This document shows, piece by piece, positions 26,436 to 38,857 of a DNA stretch of 53,272 nt. Each line of letters starts with the position of its first letter. The stretch's first letter is position 1. The notes beneath the pieces were generated by a model. It worked only from the letters and a program-made list of their open reading frames with translations. It did no database searches and had not been told where the DNA came from. The DNA is from Catajapyx aquilonaris. Its lineage: Eukaryota. The DNA lies in the NCBI GenBank assembly GCA_000934665.2, contig KZ538694.1, forward strand, positions 1 to 53,272, in the 5' to 3' direction. The position numbers and the translations under genes are program-made.

Positions 26436-27389
26436 AGTATATACTGATTTTCATATTTATGTCATTTATAATGTAACCTACATTATTGTGAATATTAGTA
26501 GTGTGAGTTTATGAAATCTATGTTCTATATGAGCTCTATCATCATCAGTATGCTGAAACATTCAGGTTGGTACTAGTGGAGAGAATCAGTCTGATCACAC
26601 GATCAGATTAGCATGCAAAATGGCGGATCGTGATCACACACTATCGCGATCAGTGCGCTCCATCTACCCCATCTGAAATCACGACTCTCACGCCATCTAT
26701 TGCCGATTGATGCTTAAATTTCCACGAATTTTCAGACTTTTAAGCCACATGACTCGCACCCACACAAAGGAACATACCGGTTTGTCAATTGGGTCCAGTT
26801 TTACGGAGCACTGATTCCAATCGCTTTACCTTTTTTCCTCTCCAAAAATAGAGACGGGATGGGCTATTTTTTTATAGCTAGGTGATATTTGCCATGGTAA
26901 CAATTAAAGTGCAAATAGGATTTCACACTCGCTTTCACCGCACAAGGATGGCAAGCCACTTGATAACTTCATTTTCCACGCTGTACAGCTCCACACACAC
27001 ATGTGTGAACCCTGTATGGAAATGTGGGGGGTGGGAAAAGTAACCCTCCCTCTCACCCCCACCCCTACCATCCCACACCGTACTGGGAAATTTGAATACG
27101 TTGCCTGTTTGCGGTGGTAATGAAGTCTGAGTGCACGGCGAGTGCATTATGCAAGATTGGAGGTCCCCCAGTCCGCGTTTGCGTTTCGATTCTTCAACTA
27201 TCTGCCCTCAGGCTAGGGTTTTTGTGTATGCAAAAATCGGACCCATGTTATATGACAGGGAGTGCCCGGAAGGTGGATTCAAAATGGCGGGTGTTATAAA
27301 GCGAGTAGGTACAAAAAGTAATAGAAATGAGTTGTTTGTTAAGCAGTGCTGAGGAGTGACATTGAACTATTGAAATGATGCCGATAATT

Positions 27390-28560
27390 TCATGTTGGAA
27401 CAGAGTATATAACTTGGACATATGGATACAAAATGGCTATAGTGACTTTGTTTGCCCAAGTTTGGTTGCCTTACAGTACCTGATTATAATGAGTCGTAAG
27501 CTTTGTTGAATTCTACCTCTGAGGAGACGACCGTTAGAAAAACCTTTAGACCGTTAGAATAACCGTCAGAAAACCGTCCAACCGTTAGAACCGCCAGCCA
27601 TACTTCAGACCGTTAGAACTGTTAGAATAACCGTCAGAAAACCGTCCAACCGTTAGAACCTCCAGCCATACTTCAGACCGTTAGAACCGTTAGAAAAACC
27701 GTTAGACCGTTAGAAAAACCGTTAGACAGTTAGAAAAACCTTTAGACCTAATAGAATAACCGCCAGAAAACCGTAAAACCGTTAGAACCGCCAGCCATAC
27801 TTCAGACCGTTAGAACCGCTAGAAAAACCGCTAGACCGTTAGAAAAACCTTTAGACCTTAGAATAACCGCCAGAAAACCGTAAAACCGTTAGAACCGCCA
27901 GCCATACTTCAGACCGTTAGAACCGTTAGAAAAACCGTTATGCCGTTAGTAAAACCAATCAGCACAATTTCAGTTCAATCAGAGTTGGCAGTTGGCTCAA
28001 CGGATTTATGATTCGAATATTTTGAATAAAACTTTCTGACCGTTCTAACGGTTCTAACTAGGAAGAGAGTAGCCAACTTCTGACTTCACGTAGCGTCGTC
28101 TCTGATTGGCTGGATTATGGACTGTTTACGTGTTCTGTGGAGGTCTTCACCTTGCGTTTCTATGGAAATAGTGGCCGGCTCTGACGTCACGGTCGACTCC
28201 GATTTGATGCAGCCAAAAGGCCTGCACTACTCCAGCCAATCGCAGTCGACCGTAAGGTCAGAGCCGGCCACTAATTCCATAGAGATGAAAGATGGAGGCC
28301 TCCATAGGACACGTTAACAGTCCATAATTACTCCAGCCAATCAGCGACGATGTGAAGTCAGAAGTTGGCGACTCTCTTCCTAGAGCCTCTCTAGTTCTAA
28401 TGGTTTAACGATTTTTCTAACGGGTTTTAACGGTCGTCTCCTAGAGCAAAATTCAGCATACTTTACTTCTCATTATAATCAGGTATGGCAACCAATCCTG
28501 GACAAACAAAGTCACAGTAGCCATTTTGTATAAATACAGTACCGTATGTTCCAACATGCC
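27390..28560. mobile_element. Foldback-like element with long imperfect inverted arms and internal ACCGTTAGAA tandem repeats
   Basis: 27390-27545 is the inverse of 28415-28558 (CATGTTGGAACA...CCTGATTATAATGAG...AGGAGACGACCGTT); tandem array 27530-27950; partial duplicate at 28980-29250. Confidence 0.7.
28058..28383. mobile_element. MITE-like palindromic element nested in the foldback element
   Basis: CTAGGAAGAGAGT.GCCAACTTCTGACTTCAC...GTGAAGTCAGAAGTTGGCGACTCTCTTCCTAG; arms extend ~140 bp inward. Confidence 0.8.
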
Positions 28561-28606
28561 CACGAATAGTATGTGAAGGCAATTTTTGGTGGGCATGTGT
28601 AAATGA

Positions 28607-28609
<3 letters not shown>

Positions 28610-28681
<72 letters not shown>

Positions 28682-28955
28682 TCACACCCCGTTATCAGCC
28701 ATCGGCTCTTTAGGGGGGAAGTTTGTTTTGCCTGGAACTCTTTGCTTTTCATTTTACTGTGCTCCTTAGGATAGAATAGGGACGGAAGGAAGCGGTTGTG
28801 GCCTATTAATACGGAAGCAACTCCGGAATTTTCCTGGAAGGACCGTGGGAAACCACAGAAAACCACGGACAGAGTTGCCGGCCCCGGGATTTGATCCCAG
28901 GACCTCCCGATTAGCAGTCGGACACCATATCCCCTCCTCCAAACTGCTTCAGTCC
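28610..28955 (-). mobile_element. tRNA-derived SINE family 1 with long (TTA)n tail
   Basis: tRNA-like head with A/B boxes and GACTGCTAATC arm; TSD GTGTAAATGAAATAAT on both sides. Confidence 0.9.
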
Positions 28956-30169
28956 GTGTAAATGAAATAATGAATATTATCAGCATAATTTCAGTACAAT
29001 CAGAGTTGGCAGTTGGCTTAACCAGTGCATGAAAATTTTCTAATAAAATTCTCTGGCGGTTTTATAACTTCTAACGGTTTTTCTAACAGTCGTCTTCTAG
29101 GGCCTAAGTCAACATACTTTACTTATCATTATAACCAGGTATGACAACCAAACCTAGACAAACAAACAAAATCACAGTTGTCCATACGTCCAAATTATAT
29201 ATGCTACTATGTTCCAACATGGCTATGATTAGTGTGTGAAGGCAATTTTGGGTGGGACAAGTGTGGGCAAGCAGAAGCATACATCACGCTCTGATTCATT
29301 GCCTCTAGGGTGCTGAAGAGGCCCGAGCAGAAGACAAACAAGGTGGTGGTTGGGTTGCTGCTTTGGAAAGATGAAGAGAAAGACAAACAACCGTCAGGAT
29401 GAAGCTTGATTCGAGCGCCCTAAACATGCGGCCATTTTACGGACATACCCTCTGGACCTTCTCCCCACCTCGGTTGGCAGCCCCTTCATCAACGGTGTAC
29501 AAGGTGATGTAAAATATCAGCTATAAGTTCAAGGATATATAAAGCTGTTAAATTAACTCAATATGTTAAGAAAAAAATTATGTGGAAAAACTGTGCGTTT
29601 ATCTGTCCAAAATAATGTTTAGTTCTAACTGTTCTAACGGTTCTAACGGCCCTAACGGTTTTCTAACGGCCCTAACGGTTTTCTAACGACTCTAATAGTT
29701 TTCTACCGGTTCTAACGTCTAACGGTTTTTAACGGTATTCCCCTAGGTTTACCATTGAGCCAATTTTCCCCATTTGAATTTATACCAATTTTTGGTACAC
29801 CCTGTAGGTCCTGGTGGGGCCATATTGAAATTGGGGCTTGGCAAGCTTGCACCCCCAAAGGCAGCAAATACTCTTGAATATTCTGGGCAAGAAATATGCC
29901 CCCGTGATTAAGCAAACACCGAAGAGAGGGGGGGGGGGGGTCAGGACACGAGGTCTTTCCCCGCAAGAGGGGGTGGATGATGGAAAATAGTTGAAGCTAC
30001 TATGTGAGGATGAAGTAGGCTACTTTACATAGAGCTTGTATACATGGATTTCTGGAGCCTCGAGTGATGAGTCTGGGAACCGAGGAGGTGCAAAGAATAT
30101 TGAATGTGCAGGGTGCGAGGTAATTTTGCACAGTTGAAACGGTTTATCATGCCACCTAGTGGAGGATAT

Positions 30170-31290
30170 ACGAGACGTCATTTTTTAAAATTTGGGCGTT
30201 AATTTTAGCATTTTACTATGTTAGTGGTATGGAGCTGCTCAGAGATGGCGCTGGCAACAGCTCGCAACACTAGATGGCGCTCATCTTCACAAAATGGCAT
30301 CTTAAGTTCATATCGGACATCCAGTGACAGTTTTTAAACATTTGGGCGTTAATATTAGCATTTTACTCGGTTAGCAGTATGGAGCTACTTCTAGATCTTG
30401 TCTAGATGGCGCTCACAGATCCACATCCACAAGATGGCGCCCATCTTCACAAAATGGCGTCTCAAACTAATCAAATTGGACATCCAGTGACATGCAATTT
30501 TTTTTAAATTTCGGCGTTTATTTTAGCATATTACCCAGTTAGTAGTCTGTTACTGCTCATAGATGGCGCCCACATCTTCACAAAATGGCGTCTTAAACTC
30601 ATCATATTGGACATCCATTTAAAACAAGATTGGCAAATCAAGTGAGCGTGATTAGAGTAGACTTTTCATGTTTACTGCTATTGTCCCCAACGTACGTCAG
30701 TCACGGGACTGGGAAGCGGGAAAGGGTGATCTGGGGAAGGGGGCGGGGGGACTGGGAGGTAAGGTGGAAATGTACGGTCTGGGGAGAATGGGCTGTGGAG
30801 GAGGAAGCAACCAGGGGGAAAGGGCGGATAGAGTGAACCCGGAAGCCGGAACCCGAAAATCGAAAAAGTCTTATAGCACGGCTCTGTCTGTCTGTCTGTC
30901 TCATACCTGTCCAGAGACAGACAGAGCCGCGCAGACTTTTGTCTTCGAAAAAATTTTAAAAGGCGTTAATTTTAGAATTTCACCAGGTTACAGTAGTCTG
31001 TTACTGCTCATAGATGGCGCTGGAAACAACAGATGGCTCCGACAGCTTCACTAGATGGCGCCAATATGCACAAAATGGTGTCTTAAACTCATCATATTGG
31101 CCATCCAGTGACAGTTGAAAAAATTTGCGCGTTAATTTTAGCATTTTACCAAGTTAGTAGTATGGAGCTGCTCAGAGATGGCGCTGACAAGCTGGAAACA
31201 AACACTAGATGTCACTTTCTTCACAAGATGGATCTCATATTTTCAAAATGGCGTCTTATAGACATCCAGTGGACATCCATTGGACATCCA
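30170..31290. repeat. Degenerate ~150-190-bp tandem modules rich in AGATGGCG/CAAAATGGCG, interrupted at ~30620-30935
   Basis: Recurrent TTTGGGCGTTAATTTTAGCATTTTAC...AGATGGCGC...CACAAAATGGC...GGACATCCAGTGACA. Confidence 0.8.
30620..30935. mobile_element. DINE-1/Helentron-like non-autonomous element; relatives at ~31690-31960, ~32245-32915 and ~45975-46245
   Basis: Shared AAACAAGATTGG...GATT[A/C]GAGTAGACTTTT start, CTGT/GACA microsatellite and GATACCTGTCCAC.GA core; class inferred from architecture. Confidence 0.5.
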
Positions 31291-32244
31291 CTGCCCTATT
31301 TCCCATCATAACACCCTGGGTAAACTGGCAAAGTTTCTCCAGGCCCCCAAACTCTATCTCCGGGTTATCATGCGGCGCGTCCGTCGCGAACCATAATGGA
31401 CTTGTCAAAGTTGGCGATGGCTGATAACACCCCAGCAGCCATCAAACCATCGGGTAAAAATAGAGAAGTTCTATCTCAGGGAATAATCTGACATGCCACG
31501 CTTAATCACTCGGCCGGAATAATTGAACTAATTTCTGCTCCTCTTTTGGGTGTTGGGTACACAAAGGAGAGCTAGGAGAGGAGGAAAATTCTATGGTCCT
31601 ACTACTACTTGCTACTACTAGTAGTTAGTTCCCATGTTGTATTATTTTAAATAAAATATATATTTACTCTACTAGATTTTGCAGAACATTAAGTGTGATT
31701 CGAGTAGACTTTTATTGCCAAATACCGCTTGTAATGTTGACCTGGGCGGATAGAGTGTACTTGGGAACCTGGAAGTGGCCGGTCAGCGGAAGTTGACCAT
31801 ATAAAACGTAGGCTATTTAGGATCCGCTGAATCCGAATCCGAAAACAGTTTGTCGGTATCTGATGCCGTTTAGAGGCCCTGATACCTGTCCACGGACAGA
31901 CGGACCGACAGATCCGACTTTTTTGATGAGAAAAAGTGTAAAACCGACTGAAAAATACAGCAAATAACAATTTTTGTAAATTACGTTATACTGAATATAA
32001 TTAAATATTTTGTGAGGAGTTTTGTAATCATAGTGGGCAGCTTTGAACAATGTTTATCTAACTAGTTTGTGAGGCTTTACCTTGTTTGTTGTTCTGTCGG
32101 CTTCCCAAATTAATGTTGATTCTACAATAAATTTGAGAACAAATTATGCAAATTTGAAGGACTATAAATTTTTTAACAATGATCTCATAGTTTTTAAAGA
32201 GTATGAAATTTTTTTAACAATGATCTCATAGTGTTTCATAGGTT

Positions 32245-32915
32245 TTAAACAAGATTGGTAAGTCACGTGAGCATGATTAGAGTAATCTTTTCATGTTTAC
32301 TGCTATTGACCCCAACGTCAGTCACGGGACAGGGAGGGGGGAAAGGGTAATCTGGGGGAGGGAGCGATGGGGGGACTGGGTGGTCAGGGGGAATGGGGTG
32401 GTCTGGGGAGAATGGTCGGTCAGGTGGAGAGAGCCGTGGGGGGAGGGAGCAGCCAGGGTCAGGTAGAGTGAACCCGGAACCCGAAAATCGAAAAAGTCTG
32501 ATATTATAGCACGGCTCTGTTTGTCTGTCTGGTCTGGGGGAATGGGCGGTCAAGGGGAGGGAGTGGCGGGGGGAAGGGGCAGCCAGGGGGCTCAAAAAAG
32601 TCTTATAGCACGGCTATGTCTATATGTCTGGTCTGGGGGGAATTGGCGGTCAGGGGGAGGAGGTGGAGGGGGGATGGGGAAGCCAGGGGAAATGGGCGGA
32701 TAGAGTGAACCTGGAACCCGAAAATCGAAAAAGTCTTATAGCACGGCTCTGTCTGTCTGGTCTGGGGAATGGGCGGTCAAGGGGAGGGGGCAGCCAGGGG
32801 GCTCGAAAAAGTCTTATAACACGGCTCTGTCTGTCTGTATGATACCTGTCCACAGAGAGACAGAGAGACAGAGACAGACAGAGCCAGACAGCGAAAAAGT
32901 GTGAAACGATAAGAA
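32245..32915. mobile_element. Expanded copy of the 30620 element with internal G-rich tandem duplications
   Basis: Repeated GAAAAAGTCTTATAGCACGGCTCTGTCTGTCTG units. Confidence 0.65.
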
Positions 32916-33610
32916 TATATTATAGTTCAATGATCTCATAGTGTACAAGTACAAAACCAGAACAAATAGGCCACAGTATTAAAATTAATAATAAATAGTA
33001 AGAGATGAACTTTCTCACCCACTTTGCTGATCTAGCACTATGCCCTATTCCATCGTCTATGTGGGCAAGAAACGATCTAAATTATTGCAAACCATTCATT
33101 TATTATAATAGTCTGGGCCCCCTAGCTCTCTCCTCGCTATTTTGCGGGAGCTAATTATTCAGTAAATCATAATTTGGTTCGCCTGCCTTGACTTTGTGGA
33201 AAGTTCACTTTTCCCTCCCCGCTTCTCCTTCCCCCATTCCCATTTCCCCGGAAATATCTAGGGGAAGGCCCCAGACTCATCCGGGCAATTACTTAGTTTA
33301 ATGCAAAAAATGCCTCGCCTTCTACTGTATATATTTTTTTTTCGGGGGAGGGGGGGGGGTGCAATTTTTACAAAAGCAACAATGGGCACAAAATGGCGGA
33401 TCCATTTATATACATGTCAAGACTTGTCTAAATTTTTGTGTAAAAATGTGGGTAGTATTGAATTATGGGGTTTGAGCTGGGTACGTCGTAATGGGGAGGC
33501 TAGGCTTGGCATAGATTCTAATTAATGATGATACATAGTGTGAGTAGGAATATTTTTGCTAGTGTGATGTCAAATTAGTATCAATATTAATGCATATGGA
33601 AATGGTGTAA

Positions 33611-33877
33611 CTGAAGCAGGTTGGTGTAGGGGATAAGGCACCCTCCTGCTAATCGGGAGGTCCTGGGTTCGAATCCCGGGGCTGGCGACCCTGACCAGGT
33701 TTTCTACGTGGTTTTCCATGGTCCCCCAGGACAATTCCGGGGTCGTTTCCGTAAAAATAGGCCACAGCCGCTTCCTTCCTTCCGTATCCCTGGTCCCATC
33801 CAATGGTGGTAATCCACCCCCCTAAGGGAGCCAAAGGCTCTAGCACAGGGTATGATAAATGAAAAAATTTAAAAATG
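33611..33877 (+). mobile_element. tRNA-derived SINE family 1
   Basis: TGGTGTAGGGG A-box, GGTTCGAATCC B-box, TAGGCCACAGCCGCTTCCTTCC body; TSD AAATGGTGTA. Confidence 0.9.
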
Positions 33878-33899
33878 AAAATGGTGTACTGGTACTTTG

Positions 33900-35450
33900 A
33901 CCCAAATAATGGAAATAATTCCACAAAAATTAATTAAGCAGTTTTAGCAACATACGTATTATTTTAGTAATTTTTATGACTATAACATGCACCTTTTTAT
34001 ATCAATATTTGCATTTTACTGGCTCTATTAATGCACCCAATTTTATATAAAAATTACACTATTTTTCCCTGAAAAATATAGACTATTGGATACAAAATGG
34101 CGCCGATTGGAATAAGTTTAGCGAAATATTTTAGTACTTTATTCAACATCCATCGATATTATTAATTTTTGCATTTTATTGGCTGTATTAATTCCGCTCT
34201 CGATTATAAAAATTACACGCCTGTTTTTCTGAAAAAATATTTTGGATACAAAATGGCTCCGACTGGGAGGCATGTTATTTTGTACTTTCACTACTATAAC
34301 ATGCACGTTGTTATATTAATTTTTAAAATTTCCTTACTATTATTTTGCTTAATTTAATATAAAAATTACACAGCGGGTTTTCTTCAAATATTTTGGATAC
34401 AAAATGGCGCTGATTGGAACACCTGGATCCAGCAGCTCAGAAGAACATTAATTTAGTAATTTTTATTGCCGGTACTATTTATTTATTTATTTAAATTAGT
34501 ATCAATATTAATGTGTATAGAAATGGTTCACATTCGACCCAAATAATGGAAATAATTATACAAAAATTAATCAAGCAGTTTTTTGGAATATTATTGTAGT
34601 AATTTATTATTACTATGATTATCATGCACGTTTTTATATTAATTTTGACATTTTACTGGCTCTATTAATTCGCTTAATTTTTGTCAAAATTACATTCCTA
34701 CTTTCCTGAAAAATACTTTGGATACAAAATGGCGCCGATTGGAGCAGCTGGATCCAGCAGTTTACAGTCCGTTAAATGAATCTGACGTCACAACAACAGT
34801 TTTTCTGAGCATGCGCAGTAGTATGCTTGCAGAGCGATTCGGGGACATGATAGGAGGGAAGAGCCGGGTGGAGGCGGAGGTGAACGTGACGTCATATCGT
34901 TCTTTCGCTTAACGGACTTTAGCATAATAATAATTTAGCAATTTTTATTATAATAACACGCACAATTACTTATGTATTTATGTATTTACTTAATTATGTA
35001 TGTTACCCCGTGATAGGCGATCTAAGGGGGGAACACGTTTTTATATCAGTTTTTTAAAAACCGAAGCAGGTTGGTGGAGTGGATAAGGCGTCCGACTGCT
35101 AATCGGGAGGTCCTGGGTTCGATTCCCGAGGCCGGCGATCCTGACCCGTGGATTTCTGTGGATTTCCACGGTCACCCCCAGGGGGTCGCTTCCGTATAAT
35201 AGGCCACAGCCGCTTCCTTCCTTCCCCATCACTGGCCACATCCATGTGTGAAAGTTTCAGCAACAATTGAGCTGTAAAATGGTGGTATTCCACCCCCCTA
35301 ATGCCACTTCTCCCAACGGGGTAAAACAAAATAAATAAAATATTTTTGACATTTTATTGGCTGTATTATTTCGCTAAATTAGATGCAAAATTACAACCAT
35401 CGACATTTTAAATATTGGATACAAAATGGCGCCGCTCGTAATAGCTGGAT
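33900..35450. repeat. Degenerate AT-rich modules each ending in TTGGATACAAAATGGC[G/T]C
   Basis: Motif at ~34086, 34242, 34394, 34718 and 35416. Confidence 0.8.
35061..35340 (+). mobile_element. tRNA-derived SINE family 1
   Basis: TGGTGGAGTGGATAAGGCG...GACTGCTAATC...GGTTCGATTCC head; same body and tail. Confidence 0.9.
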
Positions 35451-35889
35451 CAGATGTTGGTCTACAAACTGCGGAAAAGGCGCTATTCTAGTGGGAAGTT
35501 AGATCGTTTTTGACAACCTTTAACAGCTCTATAAAACCGGACTAATCTCTCCAAGCCTGGGTTGCAATGAATTCCCCCCNAAAACCCGAACCCTGACCAA
35601 CCCATGCTTAGAAGGGTAATGATGTGTTAAAAAGAATCTAGGTCCGACGTAAAGTCGTTTCAGACGAAAATGCAGCCTCGGACTGTTTTCCGTTTCATTC
35701 CTGACCCGTACTCTAAATGGTCCATTGGAATTTTTAGAGTCTGCTTTGCAGCCATTCGAACGCGACCTGGTTTGGCCATACACTGTGAATAATTATGATC
35801 TAAACTCTTTAGCCTGACACTTACGACTTTAGTGCGACCCGTTTGATTTTTTTTTCTGCACAAGTTGACATTATTAGGAAGGTAGAATG

Positions 35890-37140
35890 CGACTATTGTT
35901 GCTAGGGTGCGTTCGGACGCATGTATTCAGCTAGAGCTACTTTTTTCGTTTTTTTTCGTTTTTTCGTTTTTTCGTTTTTAAAAATACAAACTATATTGTT
36001 GCCGGGTACGTTCGAACGCACGTATTCAGCTAGAACTACCTTTTCCGTTTTTATCGTTTTTTAAAATACGAACTATTGTTGGCGGGTGCGTTCCAGCGCC
36101 TGTATTCAATTAGACCTACTTTTTTCGTTTCTTCCTCTCGGTTTTTTAGAAACTAGAACTACTTTTTTGCTTTTTTCGTTTTTTCGTTTTTCGTTTTTCG
36201 TTTTTTCATTTTTTCCCATTTTTTTGTTTTTAAAAATACGAACTATTGTTGCCGGGTGCTTTCGAACGCCTGTATTTAGCTAGAACTAATTTTTTTTCGT
36301 TTTTGTCGTTTTTTAAAATGCTAACTATTGTAGGCGGGTGCGTTCCAGCGCCTGTATTCAATTAGACCTACTTTTTTCGTTTCTTCCTCTCGGTTTTTTA
36401 GAAACTAGAACTACTTTTTTGCTTTTTTCGTTTTTTCGTTTTTCGTTTTTCGTTTTTTCATTTTTTCCCATTTTTTTGTTTTTAAAAATACGAACTATTG
36501 TTGCCGGGTGCTTTCGAACGCCTGTATTTAGCTAGAACTAATTTTTTTCGTTTTTGTCGTTTTTTAAAATGCTAACTATTGTAGGCTGGTGCGTTCCAGC
36601 GCCTGTATTCAATTATACCTACTTTTTTCGTTTCTTCCTCTCGTTTTTTTTGAACACGAACTGTTGGTTCCGGGTGCGTTCTTACGCCTGTATTTACCTA
36701 GAACTTTTTTTTCGCTTTTTAAGTTTTTAAAAATACAAACTATTGTTTCCGGGTACGTTCGAACGCCGGTATTCAGCTAGAACTACTTTTTGCATTTTTT
36801 GCATTTTTTTTGGTTAAAAAATACGCACTATTGTTGCCGGGTGCTTTCGAACGCCTGTATTTAGCTAGAAATACTTTTTTCGTTTTTTTCCGTTTTTTAA
36901 AATGCCAGCTATTGTTGCAGGGTGCGTTCCAGCGCCTGTATTCAATTAGAACAACTTTTTTCGTTTCTCCCCCTCATTTTTTTTGAACACGAACCTGACA
37001 CGAACTGTTGTTTCCGGGTGCGTTCGAACGCCTGTATTTACCTAGAACTACTTTTTTCCCCTTTTTAAGTTTTAAAAAATACGAACTATTGTTGTCGGGT
37101 GCATTCGAACACCTGTATTTAGCTTGAACTACTTTTCTTT
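35890..37140. repeat. Satellite-like array of ~75-90-bp T-rich units with a near-exact 252-bp higher-order duplication
   Basis: Unit AACTATTGTTGCCGGGTGCGTTCGAACGCCTGTATT.AGCTAGAACTA; identical ORFs at 36086 and 36338. Confidence 0.9.
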
Positions 37141-37428
37141 TTCTTCGCAAATAATTTATGGGTTGTCTTTCGTCTGACAATTGCCTTCACCTCTGAAACC
37201 CTTACCATGTTTGTGTTTTCGAACCGGTCCTAAAATATTCTCGACGCACTTCGACCCATCCAACTCCATTTTGAGTAACGCTGCACTTCCAACCAAAACA
37301 CAAGATGACAGTCGCATTTGTACGTTCCCTTTCGAATACATTTTCCCACCGATACAGAGCACTTTGCTATGACAGTCCTACCATTCGTCTTGATCCGGGA
37401 TTGGAAAAACGTGTTATGTTCATGGGTC

Positions 37429-37574
37429 TTGGGAACGGGTGTATTCTTGTGGCTGTAATTTTGGCTACACTTTAAAGGTAGCCAAAATTACAGCCACAAG
37501 AATACACCCCTTCCCAAACTGGTAATTGATACTCTATGATACTTTAAAGTTTAAAGTATCATAGAGTATCAATT
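37429..37574. repeat. Two adjacent near-perfect palindromes
   Basis: 37429-37517 (~40-bp arms, loop ACTTTAAAG) and 37524-37574 (25-bp arms, 1-nt centre). Confidence 0.9.
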
Positions 37575-38213
37575 ATTTTTAACGCTCTTGTAATGCCATT
37601 TCAATGCTAGTGTTGTGCTATTGCAATGCTCTTTTAATGTTTTAGTTGCTAAAAAGCAACAAAAACCATTACAAGAGCATCATCAAAGCATTAAAAGAGC
37701 ATTACTGGTGAGTTTCCCATGGAGCATCAATTTTAACGCTCTTGTAATGCTCTTGCAATGCTATTTAATGTTATATTGCTTTTTTTTACAACAATAGGTA
37801 TTACAAGAGCATGATAAAAGCATTAAAAGAGCATCACTACTGAGTCTGTCATAGAACATCAATTTTTAATGCTCTAGTAACGTTCCTTAATATTTTTGTT
37901 GCCTTTTTGAAACAAAACACATCACAAGAGTACCATGAGAGCATTAAAAGAGCATCACAAGAGCATTAAAATGACTTTTTCTATGTGTGATGCTCTTTTC
38001 ATGCTCTGTGGTGCTTTTCAGTTCACGTTGTAGGCTACTCTTTCACTTCGGGAGACCCCGCATTTTTACCTAATTTCCTAGGGTTGTATCTGCTGAAAGA
38101 TAGGCGTTATCCGCTAAAGAAATGCGTGTATCCGCGGAAGGATAAGCGTGTATCCGCTGAAGAAAGGCGCGCATCTGCTAAATGATAGGTGTGTATCCAC
38201 CTGGCAGGAAAGT

Positions 38214-38857
38214 ATTTTTTAGTGTTACCCCGTGCTAGGGCCCTAGGTCCTCTTAGGGGAGTGGAATACCACCATCTGGTGCAGGGGACAGGATAGGGAT
38301 AATGAGGGGACGGGGGACACTAGTGCAAGTGTAACGTCTCAAGTTGGGGGTCGTGTGCACTGTGCAGTCCCTCAGGGGGCCCGTTCGCCACGATGACCCC
38401 CTAGATGCGGGTCAGACACCACCCACAGACACCGCACCTCCTCAGGGACGGGCCAAGGATAGGAAAGGAAGGAAGCAGCTGTGGCCTATTATTTAGGAAA
38501 CAATCCCGGAATTCTCCTGGGGGGACCGTGGGAAACCACAGAAAACCACGGTTAGGATTGCCGGTAGGGTCCGATATTGCATATCGACTTCCGATACTCA
38601 AAAAATATCGAATCGAAGTCGATATATCGAAAATCGAAAAACCGACATCGAAAAATAACGAAAACCGACATCGCGATTTTCGATACATCGAACCTGCCAA
38701 GCGCCGGATATCGCAACTTCGATATTAGGAAAATATCGTATCGACATTCGATGTATCGAAATATCGCACAGCCCTAATTGCCGGCCCCGGGAATCGAACC
38801 CAGGACCTCCCGATTAGCAGTCGAACACCTTATCCACTCCAACCAAACTGCTTCGGT
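38214..38857 (-). mobile_element. Long-form SINE family 1 copy interrupted by a hAT MITE
   Basis: Head at 38790-38857, tail at 38214-38280; 15-bp TSD ACCTGG(C/A)AGGAAAGT at 38199-38213 and 38858-38872. Confidence 0.88.
38565..38776. mobile_element. hAT-type MITE (TCGA-rich)
   Basis: TAGGG...CCCTA ends; perfect 8-bp TSD ATTGCCGG. Confidence 0.9.

Noticed and set aside
28453..28986. 177-aa ORF with poly-Leu
   Set aside because: Reads through a SINE and its (TTA)n tail
35061..35136. Possible tRNA-Ser(GCT) gene
   Set aside because: No paired acceptor stem or long variable arm; it runs into a SINE body present in several copies, most with TSDs
35890..37140. CRISPR-like repeat/spacer appearance
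   Set aside because: Eukaryotic context, degenerate repeats, non-unique T-rich spacers, no cas genes
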